A stretch of DNA of 64,000 nt from Candidatus Sungiibacteriota bacterium (GTDB taxonomy: Bacteria; Patescibacteriota; Minisyncoccia; Sungbacterales; HO2-52-23): NCBI GenBank assembly GCA_016432465.1, contig CP066690.1, positions 786,724-850,723 of the forward strand. Reading direction: 5' to 3'. The position numbers were made by a program, and so were the translations under genes. Each line of letters starts with the position of its first letter. Positions within the stretch are counted from its first letter, which is position 1. The notes beneath the pieces were generated by a model. That model had not been told where the DNA came from. It searched no databases and worked only from the letters and a program-made list of their open reading frames with translations. This document shows positions 18,319-28,609 of this stretch, in pieces.

Positions 18319-18337
18319 TAGTGTACAGGTTACACTA
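18319..18337. promoter_or_regulatory. 19-bp perfect palindrome TAGTGTACAGGTTACACTA upstream of nadA (candidate NrtR operator)
   Basis: Exact inverted repeat. Confidence 0.55.
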
Positions 18338-18358
18338 ATTGGACCCTTGAAAAAGGAG

Positions 18359-19474
18359 ATGGCCGTGCAAGAAATAGTATCCGGCGATATCCTACCGGCG
18401 CGGGAGGCCATTGAAGCCATTGATGAGACTGACCTTGGGCCGCCGATTGAAATACCAGCAATATCCCCGGACGCTTTCCCGGAAAATATCACGGATGAGG
18501 AGCGGAAGTTTTTAAGATCCGAAATTCAACGCCTCAAAGAGGAGCGTAATGCCCTAATTTTGGCCCACAATTATATGCCCAAAGACGTGCAGGATATTGC
18601 CGATGTGGTGGGGGACTCGCTTTATCTTGCCCAGCGGGGTACGGCATCCAATGCGGATATTCTTTGTGAGGCCGCAGTGCTTTTTATGAATCAGATTTTG
18701 GCAATCATGAAAAAGCCGCACCAGAGGGTTTTGGCGCCGAGTATGTCGGCCTTATGTTCTTTGGCAGCGCATGCGGACGCGGAAAAAATCCGGGCGTGGA
18801 GGCAAGAGCATCCGGACGGCATTGTCATAAGTTATGTAAATACCTACGTGGACGTAAAAGCCGAAAGTGATTATTGCTGTGCGTCCGCGAACTCCCCCAG
18901 GGTTATTCTTCATGTTCTCGCGCATCATCCCGGAAAACCTATTCTTTTTCTCCCCGATGTTTATCTTGGTTTTTATGCGGCAAAACTTCTGCAGCAGCAA
19001 GGCGAGTCTTTGGATCGGCTGTGGCTTATGATGGGCGTATGTCACGTGCACGATCGCATACGGCCTCATCATGTAGAAGCGGCACGCAAACTCTATCCCG
19101 GAGCGGCAGCCGTGGTGCATCCGGAATGCGGTTGCACCAGCGCCTGTATGCGTCAGATCAGTGATGGTTTGGTGCCTTCCAGCATGATGCAGTTTCGTTC
19201 CACTCAAGGCATGATTGATTTTGTAAAACAATCACCCCAAAGGGTTGTGATTGTGGCGACGGAAGTCGGGAACCTAGTTCCTATGTCCAAGGCCGCACCA
19301 GATAAAGTTCTGATTCCTGCCAACCGCGAGGCAGTCTGCGCTTTCATGAAGCAAAATACACTGCGCGGCGTTTATGGGTCGTTGCGCGATCTCAAATATG
19401 AAATTTCGATTGATGATCCGGAACTTGCTAAGCGCGCCCGCATCCCCATTGAGCGGATGCTCGCGATTGTGTAA
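18359..19474 (+). CDS. nadA: Quinolinate synthase
   Basis: ILAHNYMPKDVQDIADVVGDSLYLAQ and the three-Cys cluster context. ATG 18359 with AAAAGGAG RBS is preferred over TTG 18347. Confidence 0.85.
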   Translation: MAVQEIVSGDILPAREAIEAIDETDLGPPIEIPAISPDAFPENITDEERKFLRSEIQRLKEERNALILAHNYMPKDVQDIADVVGDSLYLAQRGTASNADILCEAAVLFMNQILAIMKKPHQRVLAPSMSALCSLAAHADAEKIRAWRQEHPDGIVISYVNTYVDVKAESDYCCASANSPRVILHVLAHHPGKPILFLPDVYLGFYAAKLLQQQGESLDRLWLMMGVCHVHDRIRPHHVEAARKLYPGAAAVVHPECGCTSACMRQISDGLVPSSMMQFRSTQGMIDFVKQSPQRVVIVATEVGNLVPMSKAAPDKVLIPANREAVCAFMKQNTLRGVYGSLRDLKYEISIDDPELAKRARIPIERMLAIV

Positions 19475-19485
19475 GGAGACAAGAG

Positions 19486-20322
19486 ATGAATGAACTCTGG
19501 CTTGAACCGGAACTTAAGCGTTTTTTGCTGGAGGATATAGGGTATCTAGAAATTGATTTTGGGGTTCCAGCGCGTTACATTACTGCCGAAATTGTTGCTG
19601 GAGGCGAAGGAGTATTTTGCGGTGGTCGTTTTATAGCAAAACTTTTTAATCTTTTGGTTCCGCCGGAGATTAGACCGCTGCAGATGATTCATTGCGAACC
19701 GGAAGGCGCAGAATTTAAAAAAGGAACAATACTGGCCAGTTTCAGAGTCAACGCCGAAGCCCTGCGGCACGGCACTCGTACGGTACTCAACCTACTGACG
19801 CACCTTACGGCGATTGCCACGCGTACTCGCGAAGTAGTAAAAGAGCTGCAGAATTTTTCAGTTACCTTGCTTGATACTAGAAAAACAACTCCGGGATTGA
19901 GGATTTTTGAGAAATATGCAGTTCGCGTGGGCGGCGCATCCAACCATCGCATGGGCAGGTTTGACGGCATACTTATTAAAAAAGAAGACATTAAAATTGA
20001 TGGCGGGATCAGGAATGCCGTGGAGAAGGCATGCCGCAAGAAAGCGTACCTTGTCGCTGTGTCGGTGGAAATAGAAACACTGGAGGAATTGGGGGAGGCG
20101 CTGGGAGACAAGCGCGTGACGCATCTTTTGGTTGATAACCCCAGTATTGAACTTCTCCAAAGAACAGTAGAGCGTTGCGCCAGCACCCATATAATAGAAG
20201 CATCAGGGGTGGGAAAGTTGGACCTTCGCGAGGTAGCGGCCACCGGTGTGCATTATATCTCTCTAAGTTCGTTGATTCTCGGCGCAAAAACAATTAAGAT
20301 GAAGATGAGAATAGTCTCCTAA
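19486..20322 (+). CDS. nadC: Nicotinate-nucleotide pyrophosphorylase (quinolinate phosphoribosyltransferase)
   Basis: LLDTRKTTPGLRIFEKYAVRVGGASNHRMGRFDGILIK matches the NadC signature. Confidence 0.85.
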   Translation: MNELWLEPELKRFLLEDIGYLEIDFGVPARYITAEIVAGGEGVFCGGRFIAKLFNLLVPPEIRPLQMIHCEPEGAEFKKGTILASFRVNAEALRHGTRTVLNLLTHLTAIATRTREVVKELQNFSVTLLDTRKTTPGLRIFEKYAVRVGGASNHRMGRFDGILIKKEDIKIDGGIRNAVEKACRKKAYLVAVSVEIETLEELGEALGDKRVTHLLVDNPSIELLQRTVERCASTHIIEASGVGKLDLREVAATGVHYISLSSLILGAKTIKMKMRIVS

Positions 20323-20323
20323 A

Positions 20324-20348
20324 AAGGCGGCCTCGGCCGCCTTTTAAA
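20324..20348 (+). terminator. Rho-independent terminator (AAAGGCGGCCTCGGCCGCCTTTT)
   Basis: Hairpin plus T-run after the nadC stop. Confidence 0.8.
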
Positions 20349-20381
20349 ATTGATAACTTTGGTATAAAATACGTTTTAGAC

Positions 20382-22673
20382 ATGGCAACTAACGATAAAA
20401 AAAGGCAAATTCCCATTACCCTAAGTCGCACCTTGGGCGTCTGGGAAGTAACTCTTCTTGGGGTGGGGGCGCTTTTAGGTGGCGGGATTTTCACCCTTTT
20501 AGGGCATGCGGCTGGACTGGCCGGAGGCGGTCTTATTTTTGCCATGATGCTGGGTGCGGCGATTTCTTTTTTAAACCTTAATTCTTATGTTTCGCTTGCC
20601 ACTACCTTTCCCGAAGCTGGCGGAGGGTATCTTTGGGTTAAGGAAGGATTAGGGGACTTGCAAGGATTTATGTCCGGCTGGATTTCTTGGATGGCGCACT
20701 CGGTTGCCTGTTCTCTTTATGCCGTAAGCTTTGGTATTTTTGCCGCAGAATTTGCTTTTTCGCTTCTTGGTGTACCCATGTTTGGAATTTCGCTTTTTAC
20801 TTGGAGGCTGCTTTTTACAACTGCAGTGGTGGTTTTTTTCGGATTGGTTAACTATCGCGGTGTAGCCCTTACGGGTAAAGCGGGCGGCTACATTTCACTT
20901 ACGCTTATTGCTATACTACTTTTTTATATCTTTTTTGGAGTGAAGCGGATGACTGGTCTCCCCGATCTTTTAAATATTAATTTCTTGCCCTTGCTTCCTT
21001 TTGGACTTGTGGGGGTACTGCAGGCAGCATCGCTTTTTTATATTGCTTTTGAGGGGTCCGAAATTCAGGCGCAAACCGGCGAGGAAGCCAAAGACCCCGC
21101 ACGGACGCTAAAAATTTCGCTTTTTTCTTCTTGGGCTATTATTTCAGTCCTCTATCTTTTAATTGCGTTTGTCATTGTCGGCGCGACCAGTAATTTGGGC
21201 GAACCTTCCTGGAAAGTTCTTATGGGACATTCGGACCGCGCCATTATTGAGTCAGCCAAACAGTTTATGCCTGTGGGCTATATTCTTATGGTGTTGGGGG
21301 GGTTGCTAGCCAACATTGCTGCGCTCAATGCCACTATTTATTCTTCTTCACGGGTCCTTTTTGCTATGGCGCGGGACAAATTTGTCTGGCCCAAACTCGC
21401 CGATATGCATGAACTTAATCTCACGCCCTACCGCGCTGTACTGCTTTCGGTGGCCGCAATTATTTTTGTGGCCGTTTTCCTGCCCCTGAAAGATATCGCG
21501 GGGGCTGCTGACATTCTATTTATACTGCTTTTCTCACAGCTTAATCTTGCCTACATAGAACTTCGGCGCAAAAAGCCGGAAGCGCGCTGGTATTACGTGG
21601 TTCCTTTTGGGCCGGTGCTGCCGCTTACGGCAGTAGTGCTTTACTTCGTCCTCGGAGTTTCGCTTTTTCACGTAAGTCCTATTGCTATTTATTTTACTGC
21701 CATCTGGTTTCTTTTGGGCCTCGTGAATTATTTTGCTTTTACCAAAACACAGGAGCGCGAGGATCTGGAACGGGAAGTTATGTATGAGCATACTACGCGA
21801 TTCCGTGAGAAGTTAGGATATCGCATAATTCTGCCGGTAGCTAATGAAGAACACTGGAATATGTTTTCGCAGATCGCCCTTGCTGTGGCGCGCGAGGAAC
21901 AGGGAGAACTTTTGGTCTTGAGAATTCACGAGGTTCCTCCAACTCTTCCCTTGGCTGCGGGTTTTAACACCGACCACGAAAGAAGGGTGCTGGACAAAAT
22001 AGAAAAATCGTCTATTGAGAAAAAAACGAATATAGATACGAGATTGCTTGCGGCGCGCTCCGTCCCGGAGACTATTTTAGAAACAGTAGCGGTGGAGAAT
22101 GGAGACCTGCTGATTATGGGTTGGGACGGCTATGTTGATACCAAGGGTTTTATCTTTGGCCGCAAGGTAGATACGGTATTGCATCGCGCCAAAAGCGACT
22201 TGCTAGTGGTTAAATTGCAGGACCCGGAACACATAAAAAGAATCTTGGTTCCGGTGCCCTTAGATGAAAATCCCAATCTTCGTTTTGCCGGAAAGGTTGC
22301 AACCGCTTTGGCCAACTGGTTTGACGGGGAAGTTACTGTGGTTATGATCATACCGGATTACACCTCAAACATCAGTTATGCTCGTTATCACGTGTTGTTG
22401 GAGGATAGGATTCGAGAACTAAAGTTTAAAACTACCAAAGAAATAAAATTAAAACTAATTCGTTCCAACCATATTGCCTCTGCTATTATCAAGGAGGCTA
22501 ATCATCACGATGTGGTGCTTTTGCCAGCGGCCCGCGGCCGCATTACCAAGGTTATTGGGATGGGATCAATTCCGGAACAAATCGCTAAGCATTGCCGCAA
22601 AACTATAATCATGGCCAAGGGGCATCGTGGTATTATTCAGCCGTTTTTTGACTACGTCAAATCGCGCTTTTGA
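20382..22673 (+). CDS. APC-family amino-acid permease fused to tandem universal stress protein (UspA-like) domains
   Basis: About 12 TM helices with GGGIFTLLG/APC pattern. The C-terminal ~300 aa shows two Usp-like alpha/beta repeats (RIILPVANEEHW..., KRILVPVPLDENP...). Confidence 0.65.
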   Translation: MATNDKKRQIPITLSRTLGVWEVTLLGVGALLGGGIFTLLGHAAGLAGGGLIFAMMLGAAISFLNLNSYVSLATTFPEAGGGYLWVKEGLGDLQGFMSGWISWMAHSVACSLYAVSFGIFAAEFAFSLLGVPMFGISLFTWRLLFTTAVVVFFGLVNYRGVALTGKAGGYISLTLIAILLFYIFFGVKRMTGLPDLLNINFLPLLPFGLVGVLQAASLFYIAFEGSEIQAQTGEEAKDPARTLKISLFSSWAIISVLYLLIAFVIVGATSNLGEPSWKVLMGHSDRAIIESAKQFMPVGYILMVLGGLLANIAALNATIYSSSRVLFAMARDKFVWPKLADMHELNLTPYRAVLLSVAAIIFVAVFLPLKDIAGAADILFILLFSQLNLAYIELRRKKPEARWYYVVPFGPVLPLTAVVLYFVLGVSLFHVSPIAIYFTAIWFLLGLVNYFAFTKTQEREDLEREVMYEHTTRFREKLGYRIILPVANEEHWNMFSQIALAVAREEQGELLVLRIHEVPPTLPLAAGFNTDHERRVLDKIEKSSIEKKTNIDTRLLAARSVPETILETVAVENGDLLIMGWDGYVDTKGFIFGRKVDTVLHRAKSDLLVVKLQDPEHIKRILVPVPLDENPNLRFAGKVATALANWFDGEVTVVMIIPDYTSNISYARYHVLLEDRIRELKFKTTKEIKLKLIRSNHIASAIIKEANHHDVVLLPAARGRITKVIGMGSIPEQIAKHCRKTIIMAKGHRGIIQPFFDYVKSRF

Positions 22674-22750
22674 AATTTTTTGTTAGTTGTGGTATACTTA
22701 AAATATGAGGTTCTTCGAAAATCTTTGAGGCTGGAAAAAGGAGGGAGTCG

Positions 22751-23701
22751 GTGGTCAGGAAGCCATTATCTTTGGGGCTTTTTCTACTGCTTTGGGTAGC
22801 ATTTGTGACGGCCTGCGGATCTTCCGGAGGCGGGGGTTCTGGCAGTCAGGGGGGCGGACCATCTTTTAATCTGCCTTCGGATCTATCTGCGTTTTTGGTT
22901 AAAAAAGTATGTATTGATAATCCACAGCAGGATCCTTACACCTGTACGAACCGCAGGGAATTAATGCCCGGGGAGTCGCTTCATATAAGTAATGTTGATA
23001 TGGAAGATAGTCAGGTAAGTGACGCCCTGCCGTTAGCAGACGGTCGAGTGGTGGCTACATTTGATTTTCCGCCTTTTCATATATTTAATAATGATATTGA
23101 CGGGTATGATTTGGCCGGAAAGTCCTTGCTTTTCTACGGCATCCAGGTCACGCGTGATCCGGTCAGTAAGGGAGTGACTTGGTTTAGGCGTGAAAACGGC
23201 GTCTGTAGCCAGTTTGATAGCTGGATTCTTTTCCCAAGATTTCATTCAGGAAATGGTATGTTGTCCGGACACATTGTTGCGTTATTGCACGGCGAACCTT
23301 GGGAGAAAAAGGGTCTGCCTTATCCAGGACTATGCACGGGCACAGATGTGCCGGCGCTTACCAAGTGGAGTTCACAGATTGTAGTGTATACGTCACACGG
23401 CACTCCACCGGTTGCCAAAGTGATGCTGACCATTGTTTCGGAACACTACAATAGCGCTTCGGAAGAGACCGCGACCATGATTGAAATTTTCTATTCAACC
23501 GATGTCTATGGTTTCCGAACCCGTTGGGAGCTTTGGGTGAGACAAGAAATCGGCGAGTCCCCGGTTTCCGACCAAAAGTGTAATGGCCCCAAGAGAAAAG
23601 GCCCTTGGCTTATGGTAGACTGCCGTGATTTTTCAAAAGTTCGTGTAAATTCTCCGCCTTTTGATTCAGTGGTCTGGCTTGTGCATGTGCCCGTGCCCTA
23701 A
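22751..23701 (+). CDS. Putative lipoprotein (signal peptide with lipobox FVTAC, Gly/Ser-rich linker)
   Basis: N-terminal hydrophobic segment ending in VTAC followed by GSSGGGGSG. Confidence 0.45.
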   Translation: MVRKPLSLGLFLLLWVAFVTACGSSGGGGSGSQGGGPSFNLPSDLSAFLVKKVCIDNPQQDPYTCTNRRELMPGESLHISNVDMEDSQVSDALPLADGRVVATFDFPPFHIFNNDIDGYDLAGKSLLFYGIQVTRDPVSKGVTWFRRENGVCSQFDSWILFPRFHSGNGMLSGHIVALLHGEPWEKKGLPYPGLCTGTDVPALTKWSSQIVVYTSHGTPPVAKVMLTIVSEHYNSASEETATMIEIFYSTDVYGFRTRWELWVRQEIGESPVSDQKCNGPKRKGPWLMVDCRDFSKVRVNSPPFDSVVWLVHVPVP

Positions 23702-23770
23702 TTGGGACGGGCTTTTACATTAAGGTTGCCGTTATAACCTAAAATAGTATATAATAAAGGCCATCTGATT

Positions 23771-24688
23771 ATGAGTGTCTGGACCGAGAAAACAAAAAAT
23801 ATCAGAAAAACTTGGCTTCTTATGTCCGTATTTTTTGGCGTGGTTATTGCGATTGGCTGGCTATTCAGCCGTCTTTACGGAAACTCCAGTATTCTTTATA
23901 TTGCCGTATTTTTTAGCATCTTTATGAATGTGTTGAGTTATTGGTTTTCGGATAAAATCGTGCTGATGTTGCATCGGGCGCGCCCCCTAGACGCCAAATC
24001 TCACCCGGAACTTTACCAAATAGTGGCCAGACTTGTTTCTTTGGCTGGTTTGCCCATGCCCAAACTTTATATTATTGATGATCCGGCTCCGAATGCTTTT
24101 GCAACCGGCCGTAATTCCAAACACGCCGTAGTGGCTGTAACCTCCGGGATTTTGGAGCGTTTGAGCCCTGCGGAACTGGAAGGGGTCCTAAGCCACGAGC
24201 TCTCCCACATTGGTAATCGCGATATGCTGGTGTCCACGGTTGCTGTAGTACTCGTAGGATTTGTTTCTATACTCTCTGATATTTTTATGCGATCTATGCT
24301 TTTTGGGGGTTGGGCTGGTAGAGATGATGATCGAGACAGGGGAGCGGGCGGGTTTATACTTGTTATCGGTATTATTTTTTCTATTCTTGCGTCCCTGATT
24401 GCTTCTTTGATTCATCTTGCTATTTCGCGTAGGCGCGAGCTTTTGGCGGATTCTTCCGGGGCGCTGCTTACTCGTGCTCCGCAGAATTTGGCTTCTGCTC
24501 TTGGAAAAATTGCATCGTATTCGCGGCCGCTATCAAGCGCCAAAAACGCTACGGCCCACCTTTTTTTCGGCAACCCGTTTGGTGCGGACCGAAGTGGTTT
24601 GCACAAAACATCTTGGATTATAAAGATGTTTTCCACACACCCGCCAATTGAGGAACGGATTGCGGCGCTTGAACAAATAAAAGTATAA
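23771..24688 (+). CDS. htpX: Zinc metalloprotease HtpX (M48 family)
   Basis: N-terminal TM helices and HELSHIGNRD (HExxH); typical HtpX length. Confidence 0.8.
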   Translation: MSVWTEKTKNIRKTWLLMSVFFGVVIAIGWLFSRLYGNSSILYIAVFFSIFMNVLSYWFSDKIVLMLHRARPLDAKSHPELYQIVARLVSLAGLPMPKLYIIDDPAPNAFATGRNSKHAVVAVTSGILERLSPAELEGVLSHELSHIGNRDMLVSTVAVVLVGFVSILSDIFMRSMLFGGWAGRDDDRDRGAGGFILVIGIIFSILASLIASLIHLAISRRRELLADSSGALLTRAPQNLASALGKIASYSRPLSSAKNATAHLFFGNPFGADRSGLHKTSWIIKMFSTHPPIEERIAALEQIKV

Positions 24689-24691
24689 GCC

Positions 24692-25285
24692 ATGCGTATA
24701 GTTGTTGCTACCACTAACCCTGCGAAGTTTAAAGAAGCCAAAGAGGTACTGCAGGGAGAAGACTTAGAAATTTTGAGTCTGGGTGATTTTCCAAATATAA
24801 ATCCGGTGGAAGAGTCCGGCGATACATTTGAAGAAAATGCGGTTTTAAAAGCCAAAGGGTATTTTTTACAGACTCAAATTTCATGTATTGCTGATGATGG
24901 GGGATTGGAGGTAGAGTACTTAGGCGGCGCGCCGGGGGTGCATAGTAAACGTTGGCTGGGATATGAAGCAACTGATTGGGAGCTGGCGCAGGCCATACTT
25001 AAGAAACTTGAGGGTGTATCGTGGGAGCAGAGAAAAGCGCGCCTCGGCGGATTTATTTCTTTTTTTGACGGCAAAAATCTTTTAACCCGTGAGGATTGGA
25101 TTGATGGGTACATAATGGACGAGTTAAAAGAAGAAATTTGTCCCGGATTTCCGTACCGCCCCCTTCTTTATATTCCGCAATTTCGTAAAACCTACGCCGA
25201 GCTTACAGAAGAAGAGCACAATAAAGTAAATTTCCGAAGAAAAAATTTAAGGGCATTAAAATCAAAAATTTTGGAATTATTATAA
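24692..25285 (+). CDS. rdgB: Non-canonical purine NTP pyrophosphatase (Ham1/RdgB ITPase family)
   Basis: MRIVVATTNPAKFKEAKEVL N-terminus and length 197 aa fit the Ham1 family. Confidence 0.7.
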   Translation: MRIVVATTNPAKFKEAKEVLQGEDLEILSLGDFPNINPVEESGDTFEENAVLKAKGYFLQTQISCIADDGGLEVEYLGGAPGVHSKRWLGYEATDWELAQAILKKLEGVSWEQRKARLGGFISFFDGKNLLTREDWIDGYIMDELKEEICPGFPYRPLLYIPQFRKTYAELTEEEHNKVNFRRKNLRALKSKILELL

Positions 25286-25289
25286 TATC

Positions 25290-25562
25290 ATGGAGTCACC
25301 AGAAATTACGCCCAAAAAAGAAGAGTCGCCACAACGCAGAAGGTCTCCGGAAGAACCGGGCGAAGTTAAATATGCCCCCAAAGATTACAATATTCCGGAA
25401 GGAGAACGAAAGAGACAAAAATCAATCGTAGAACGTAAAGTGGACGGCCAAACCCACCGCATAGAAATTTGGTATGAAGAAATACGGTCTGGCGATTGGC
25501 AGAAACTTCCCGGAGAAAAAGATTTGGGCATAGCGGAGCAAGAGTTTAAAAATGCGGCATAG
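25290..25562 (+). CDS. Small highly charged hypothetical protein
   Basis: 90-aa ORF 4 bp after rdgB; no motif. Confidence 0.3.
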   Translation: MESPEITPKKEESPQRRRSPEEPGEVKYAPKDYNIPEGERKRQKSIVERKVDGQTHRIEIWYEEIRSGDWQKLPGEKDLGIAEQEFKNAA

Positions 25563-25596
25563 GGAGGCGTCGCAAATCGCAATCCCATTTATAAAT

Positions 25597-25680
25597 GGAG
25601 GGTTGGCCGAGCGGTTTAAGGCGCACGCTTGGAAAGCGTGTGGGAGAAATCCCTCACAGGTTCGAATCCTGTACCCTCCG
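25597..25680 (+). tRNA. tRNA-Ser (anticodon GGA), long variable arm
   Basis: GGAGGGT acceptor, GGTTCGAATCC T-loop, anticodon loop TTGGAAA, 84 nt. A hairpin terminator follows at ~25688-25720. Confidence 0.85.
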
Positions 25681-25788
25681 ATAGATTGTGCGCCCGTTCG
25701 AGAGACCGGGCGCCCTTTTTATAAAAAAACAACCTACTCGGCTAAAAGCCTTTCGGTTGGTGATCTTTGTGGGATACGGTTATCCCTA

Positions 25789-25983
25789 TTACTCCTCGCG
25801 TGAATACGATTGAGCTTGCCACATACTAACGCGCCGACCGCTCTCGGTTACAACTCCGAACCCACCCTCTGATGGTTTCGCAAGCTGACCCTTATCATTG
25901 ATGCCCCATTTGGAGACAATCTTTTCAAGCTGGCCGTTTACCTTGACGTGTGTAGCTTCTGTCACATCGACTCCGTGCTTCAT
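25789..25983 (-). CDS. Small hypothetical protein (64 aa)
   Basis: ORF with plausible spacing; weak. Confidence 0.25.
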   Translation of the reverse strand: MKHGVDVTEATHVKVNGQLEKIVSKWGINDKGQLAKPSEGGFGVVTESGRRVSMWQAQSYSREE

Positions 25984-26144
25984 TTTGTTCCCTCCTTAAG
26001 ACTGCGGTTGAAAGAACTCTTAAAGATTATCAAAGATAGGTTCTGTTTGTCAACCAACAGACTTAGAATACCCCCCCGAGGAAGGTTGACGAAATGTAAT
26101 AAAAAATGTTATTCTAGAGTTATGCCTTTTGAAAGGATACTACT

Positions 26145-27230
26145 ATGGAAACAGGTGCGACTCAAAAAATTCGACAGGCCGTAGGGGTTATTGAAACTTG
26201 CATCGGCCTCAAGGGCGTATGGGCAAGCCCTATTCGTTACAAATATCAGTGCTGGACACGTGATTTTGCTCTAGCCACTGAAGAAGCGCTTCTGGACCTT
26301 GGTAGACCAGAAGTTGTTAAACTTCATTTAAACGAACTTTCTAGGCGCCAATACAGTGATGGGCGTATACCCATTATGTTTCTGGACAAGCCGTTGCGAT
26401 GGCTTCTGCTCAAGGCGTGGCACGCCATTAAGAATCGACGAATGTCATTTCTTCTTCGCCAATATTTCAGTAAAGATGGCATCGGCCAGCTTTCGCCCTG
26501 GACGCGGGATTCAGAACTGCTTTATGCGCTTGCTGTCGCCAGCTTTGTACGTCGAACACACGATGACACTTTTCTTATGAGGCATACTTCGCACATTCGG
26601 GCGGCTCTTGGTTACGTCGAGTCATCACTTATGAAGGGCGGACTTATTTTCGGAGGCGACTGGCGAGACACACGCCCCGACCTTACTGATAAATTTCTTC
26701 TGACAAACAACTGCTTGCTATATCAGGCATATGCGCTACTGGGCGAGACAAAAAAGGCAGAAGCCATCAAGGCCGCTATCAACGAGCGATTTTGGACCGG
26801 TTCTTATTATCGTGACTATATCGGTATTGATGATTTTGATACCTTGGGCAATTCCCTGGCCATTCTTTTTGATGTAGCGCCACAGGATCGTTGGCCATCC
26901 ATTATTGAGAGCGCAGAGGCGCTGGATACACCATACGGATATAAAATAAATAAGGTGACCTTGCCCCCAAAGTCGAAAGAAGAAACCGCAGTCATGTTGA
27001 GAACAAATCAGTTCGGCGTGATCTGGCCATTCATTCATGGGTTTATGATCTTGGCCGCCCTGAAAGGAGGCAGGACCGATATAGCAAAAAGACAGCTCCA
27101 AAAGTGGACTACACTTGACGGGTTCTATGAGTTTTATGATCCAACCACTGGAAGGGGTTATGGTAGCGTTGATCAGGTTTGGAGTGCCGCACTCTATTTC
27201 CGGACTGCGCATGCGTTAGGTGTAACGTAA
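26145..27230 (+). CDS. (alpha/alpha)6-barrel glycoside hydrolase-like protein (GH15/GH63/GDE-type)
   Basis: YKYQCWTRDFALA (Y..W.RD motif of glucoamylase-like hydrolases); 361 aa. Confidence 0.4.
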   Translation: METGATQKIRQAVGVIETCIGLKGVWASPIRYKYQCWTRDFALATEEALLDLGRPEVVKLHLNELSRRQYSDGRIPIMFLDKPLRWLLLKAWHAIKNRRMSFLLRQYFSKDGIGQLSPWTRDSELLYALAVASFVRRTHDDTFLMRHTSHIRAALGYVESSLMKGGLIFGGDWRDTRPDLTDKFLLTNNCLLYQAYALLGETKKAEAIKAAINERFWTGSYYRDYIGIDDFDTLGNSLAILFDVAPQDRWPSIIESAEALDTPYGYKINKVTLPPKSKEETAVMLRTNQFGVIWPFIHGFMILAALKGGRTDIAKRQLQKWTTLDGFYEFYDPTTGRGYGSVDQVWSAALYFRTAHALGVT

Positions 27231-27281
27231 GACATACACGGAGAATGTACAAAAATGTAACGCCGCTTTTTGAGCGGCGCT

Positions 27282-28484
27282 TTAATGTTTAAGGGCGCGC
27301 AGGACCGCCCTCCAAGAGTGTAAAGAAGTCCGTGGAGTGGCAAGAAACACAATCACTGCGAGTCCAAGGTATATATATGTAAAGACGTTTCGTGCCTCGC
27401 TCCAGGGCATGACAAGCTGGGTGCAAAATAAAATGGCAAGCGCAAAGGCCTCCTTGAGAGAAAGACTTAAATTGGCAAGCAGTACTACTGCGAATAGTGA
27501 CTGTGCGGCGGTAAGAAAAATTTCCTGACTCTGGCGTGCGTCCAGAGGAAAATAGGTAAGTCCGGCCGAACCGTGCCACTTTTCCGAAAGCCAAAAGACG
27601 AGAGGAAGAGTGCCGATAAGAAGCGTCCATTGGTTTATTTTGGAGGAAACAAGAACCCCGAGGCCCTTGGTAGCTTTTAGTCTCCAGGCAAAAAGGAGTG
27701 CTATGACAAATTCCGGAGTTTCGGAAGCAAGTGGGGCAAGCCATTGTACCAAGATGAACTCGTCAATTTGCAGCGCTTTCCCTGTCGTAATCAGACTATG
27801 GGCGAATGGTTCTGCGGAGATGGCAATAGCCAAAGCCGCATAGGCCATGAGGCCCACCCAGACAGCTACCCGACACTTTTTGGGTTCAATTTCAGAAATT
27901 GCCTTGGCCGGTCCAATGATTTCAAGTTCCACTCTGGGGAAACGCAGAATCTTAACAAGATAAAATATAAACAACCCGCCAAGAAGCAATCCGTCAAACC
28001 AGGCCAGAAACCCTTTCAGCGGTATGGTAAAAGCATAAAGAGTCGCAATAGCAAGAATTCCGCAATCCAGACGCTGGATGGGATGAATCTGCACACTGGT
28101 TTTATGGCCTTTGGTTTTTAGGGCCGACAAAAAGACCAGCGAGGCCCAGCCGATGCCAATCAGCAGACGGTTGGCGCCGGTCATATTGGCAATGGCATAA
28201 GGCGCAAACGATATGTCTTTTCCTGCGGACCAAGCCAGAGTACTATCCACTGCATATTCGGGGAGAACGGCGATCAAAGCAATTAAGGCGATAATCAAAG
28301 ATCCGGTAACGTCACGTTCCGCAGCTTCCGAAGCCCAAGTTAGCAGAAAAGCTGCTGCAAATATAGTTAACCCAGTAATTAGAGAAATAAGAATGGGACT
28401 CGGTTCGGCACCGAAAATTTTCAGTGCAATCCAGGGGATTGGCACAAGACTCATAGAGATAGCCCATCCGAATTTCCCAGCCAT
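27282..28484 (-). CDS. Polytopic membrane protein, possibly Ca2+/cation antiporter (CaCA) family
   Basis: About 10 TM helices; LAPLASETPEF resembles the GxSxPE alpha-repeat of Na/Ca exchangers. Confidence 0.4.
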   Translation of the reverse strand: MAGKFGWAISMSLVPIPWIALKIFGAEPSPILISLITGLTIFAAAFLLTWASEAAERDVTGSLIIALIALIAVLPEYAVDSTLAWSAGKDISFAPYAIANMTGANRLLIGIGWASLVFLSALKTKGHKTSVQIHPIQRLDCGILAIATLYAFTIPLKGFLAWFDGLLLGGLFIFYLVKILRFPRVELEIIGPAKAISEIEPKKCRVAVWVGLMAYAALAIAISAEPFAHSLITTGKALQIDEFILVQWLAPLASETPEFVIALLFAWRLKATKGLGVLVSSKINQWTLLIGTLPLVFWLSEKWHGSAGLTYFPLDARQSQEIFLTAAQSLFAVVLLANLSLSLKEAFALAILFCTQLVMPWSEARNVFTYIYLGLAVIVFLATPRTSLHSWRAVLRALKH

Positions 28485-28609
28485 TTATCCTCCAGTTTTT
28501 CCGTTGCGGCGCAAATTTTTTCAGTGAACTATTAGTCAAATTGTAACATTTCATTAGATTTAAGTCAAGCCAATTTGCAATTCGTTTATTTACCCCATAT
28601 CATTTAATT

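Noticed and set aside
25552-25803. ORF 25552..25803 (83 aa)
   Set aside because: It overlaps the tRNA-Ser gene and its terminator, so it is a spurious frame.
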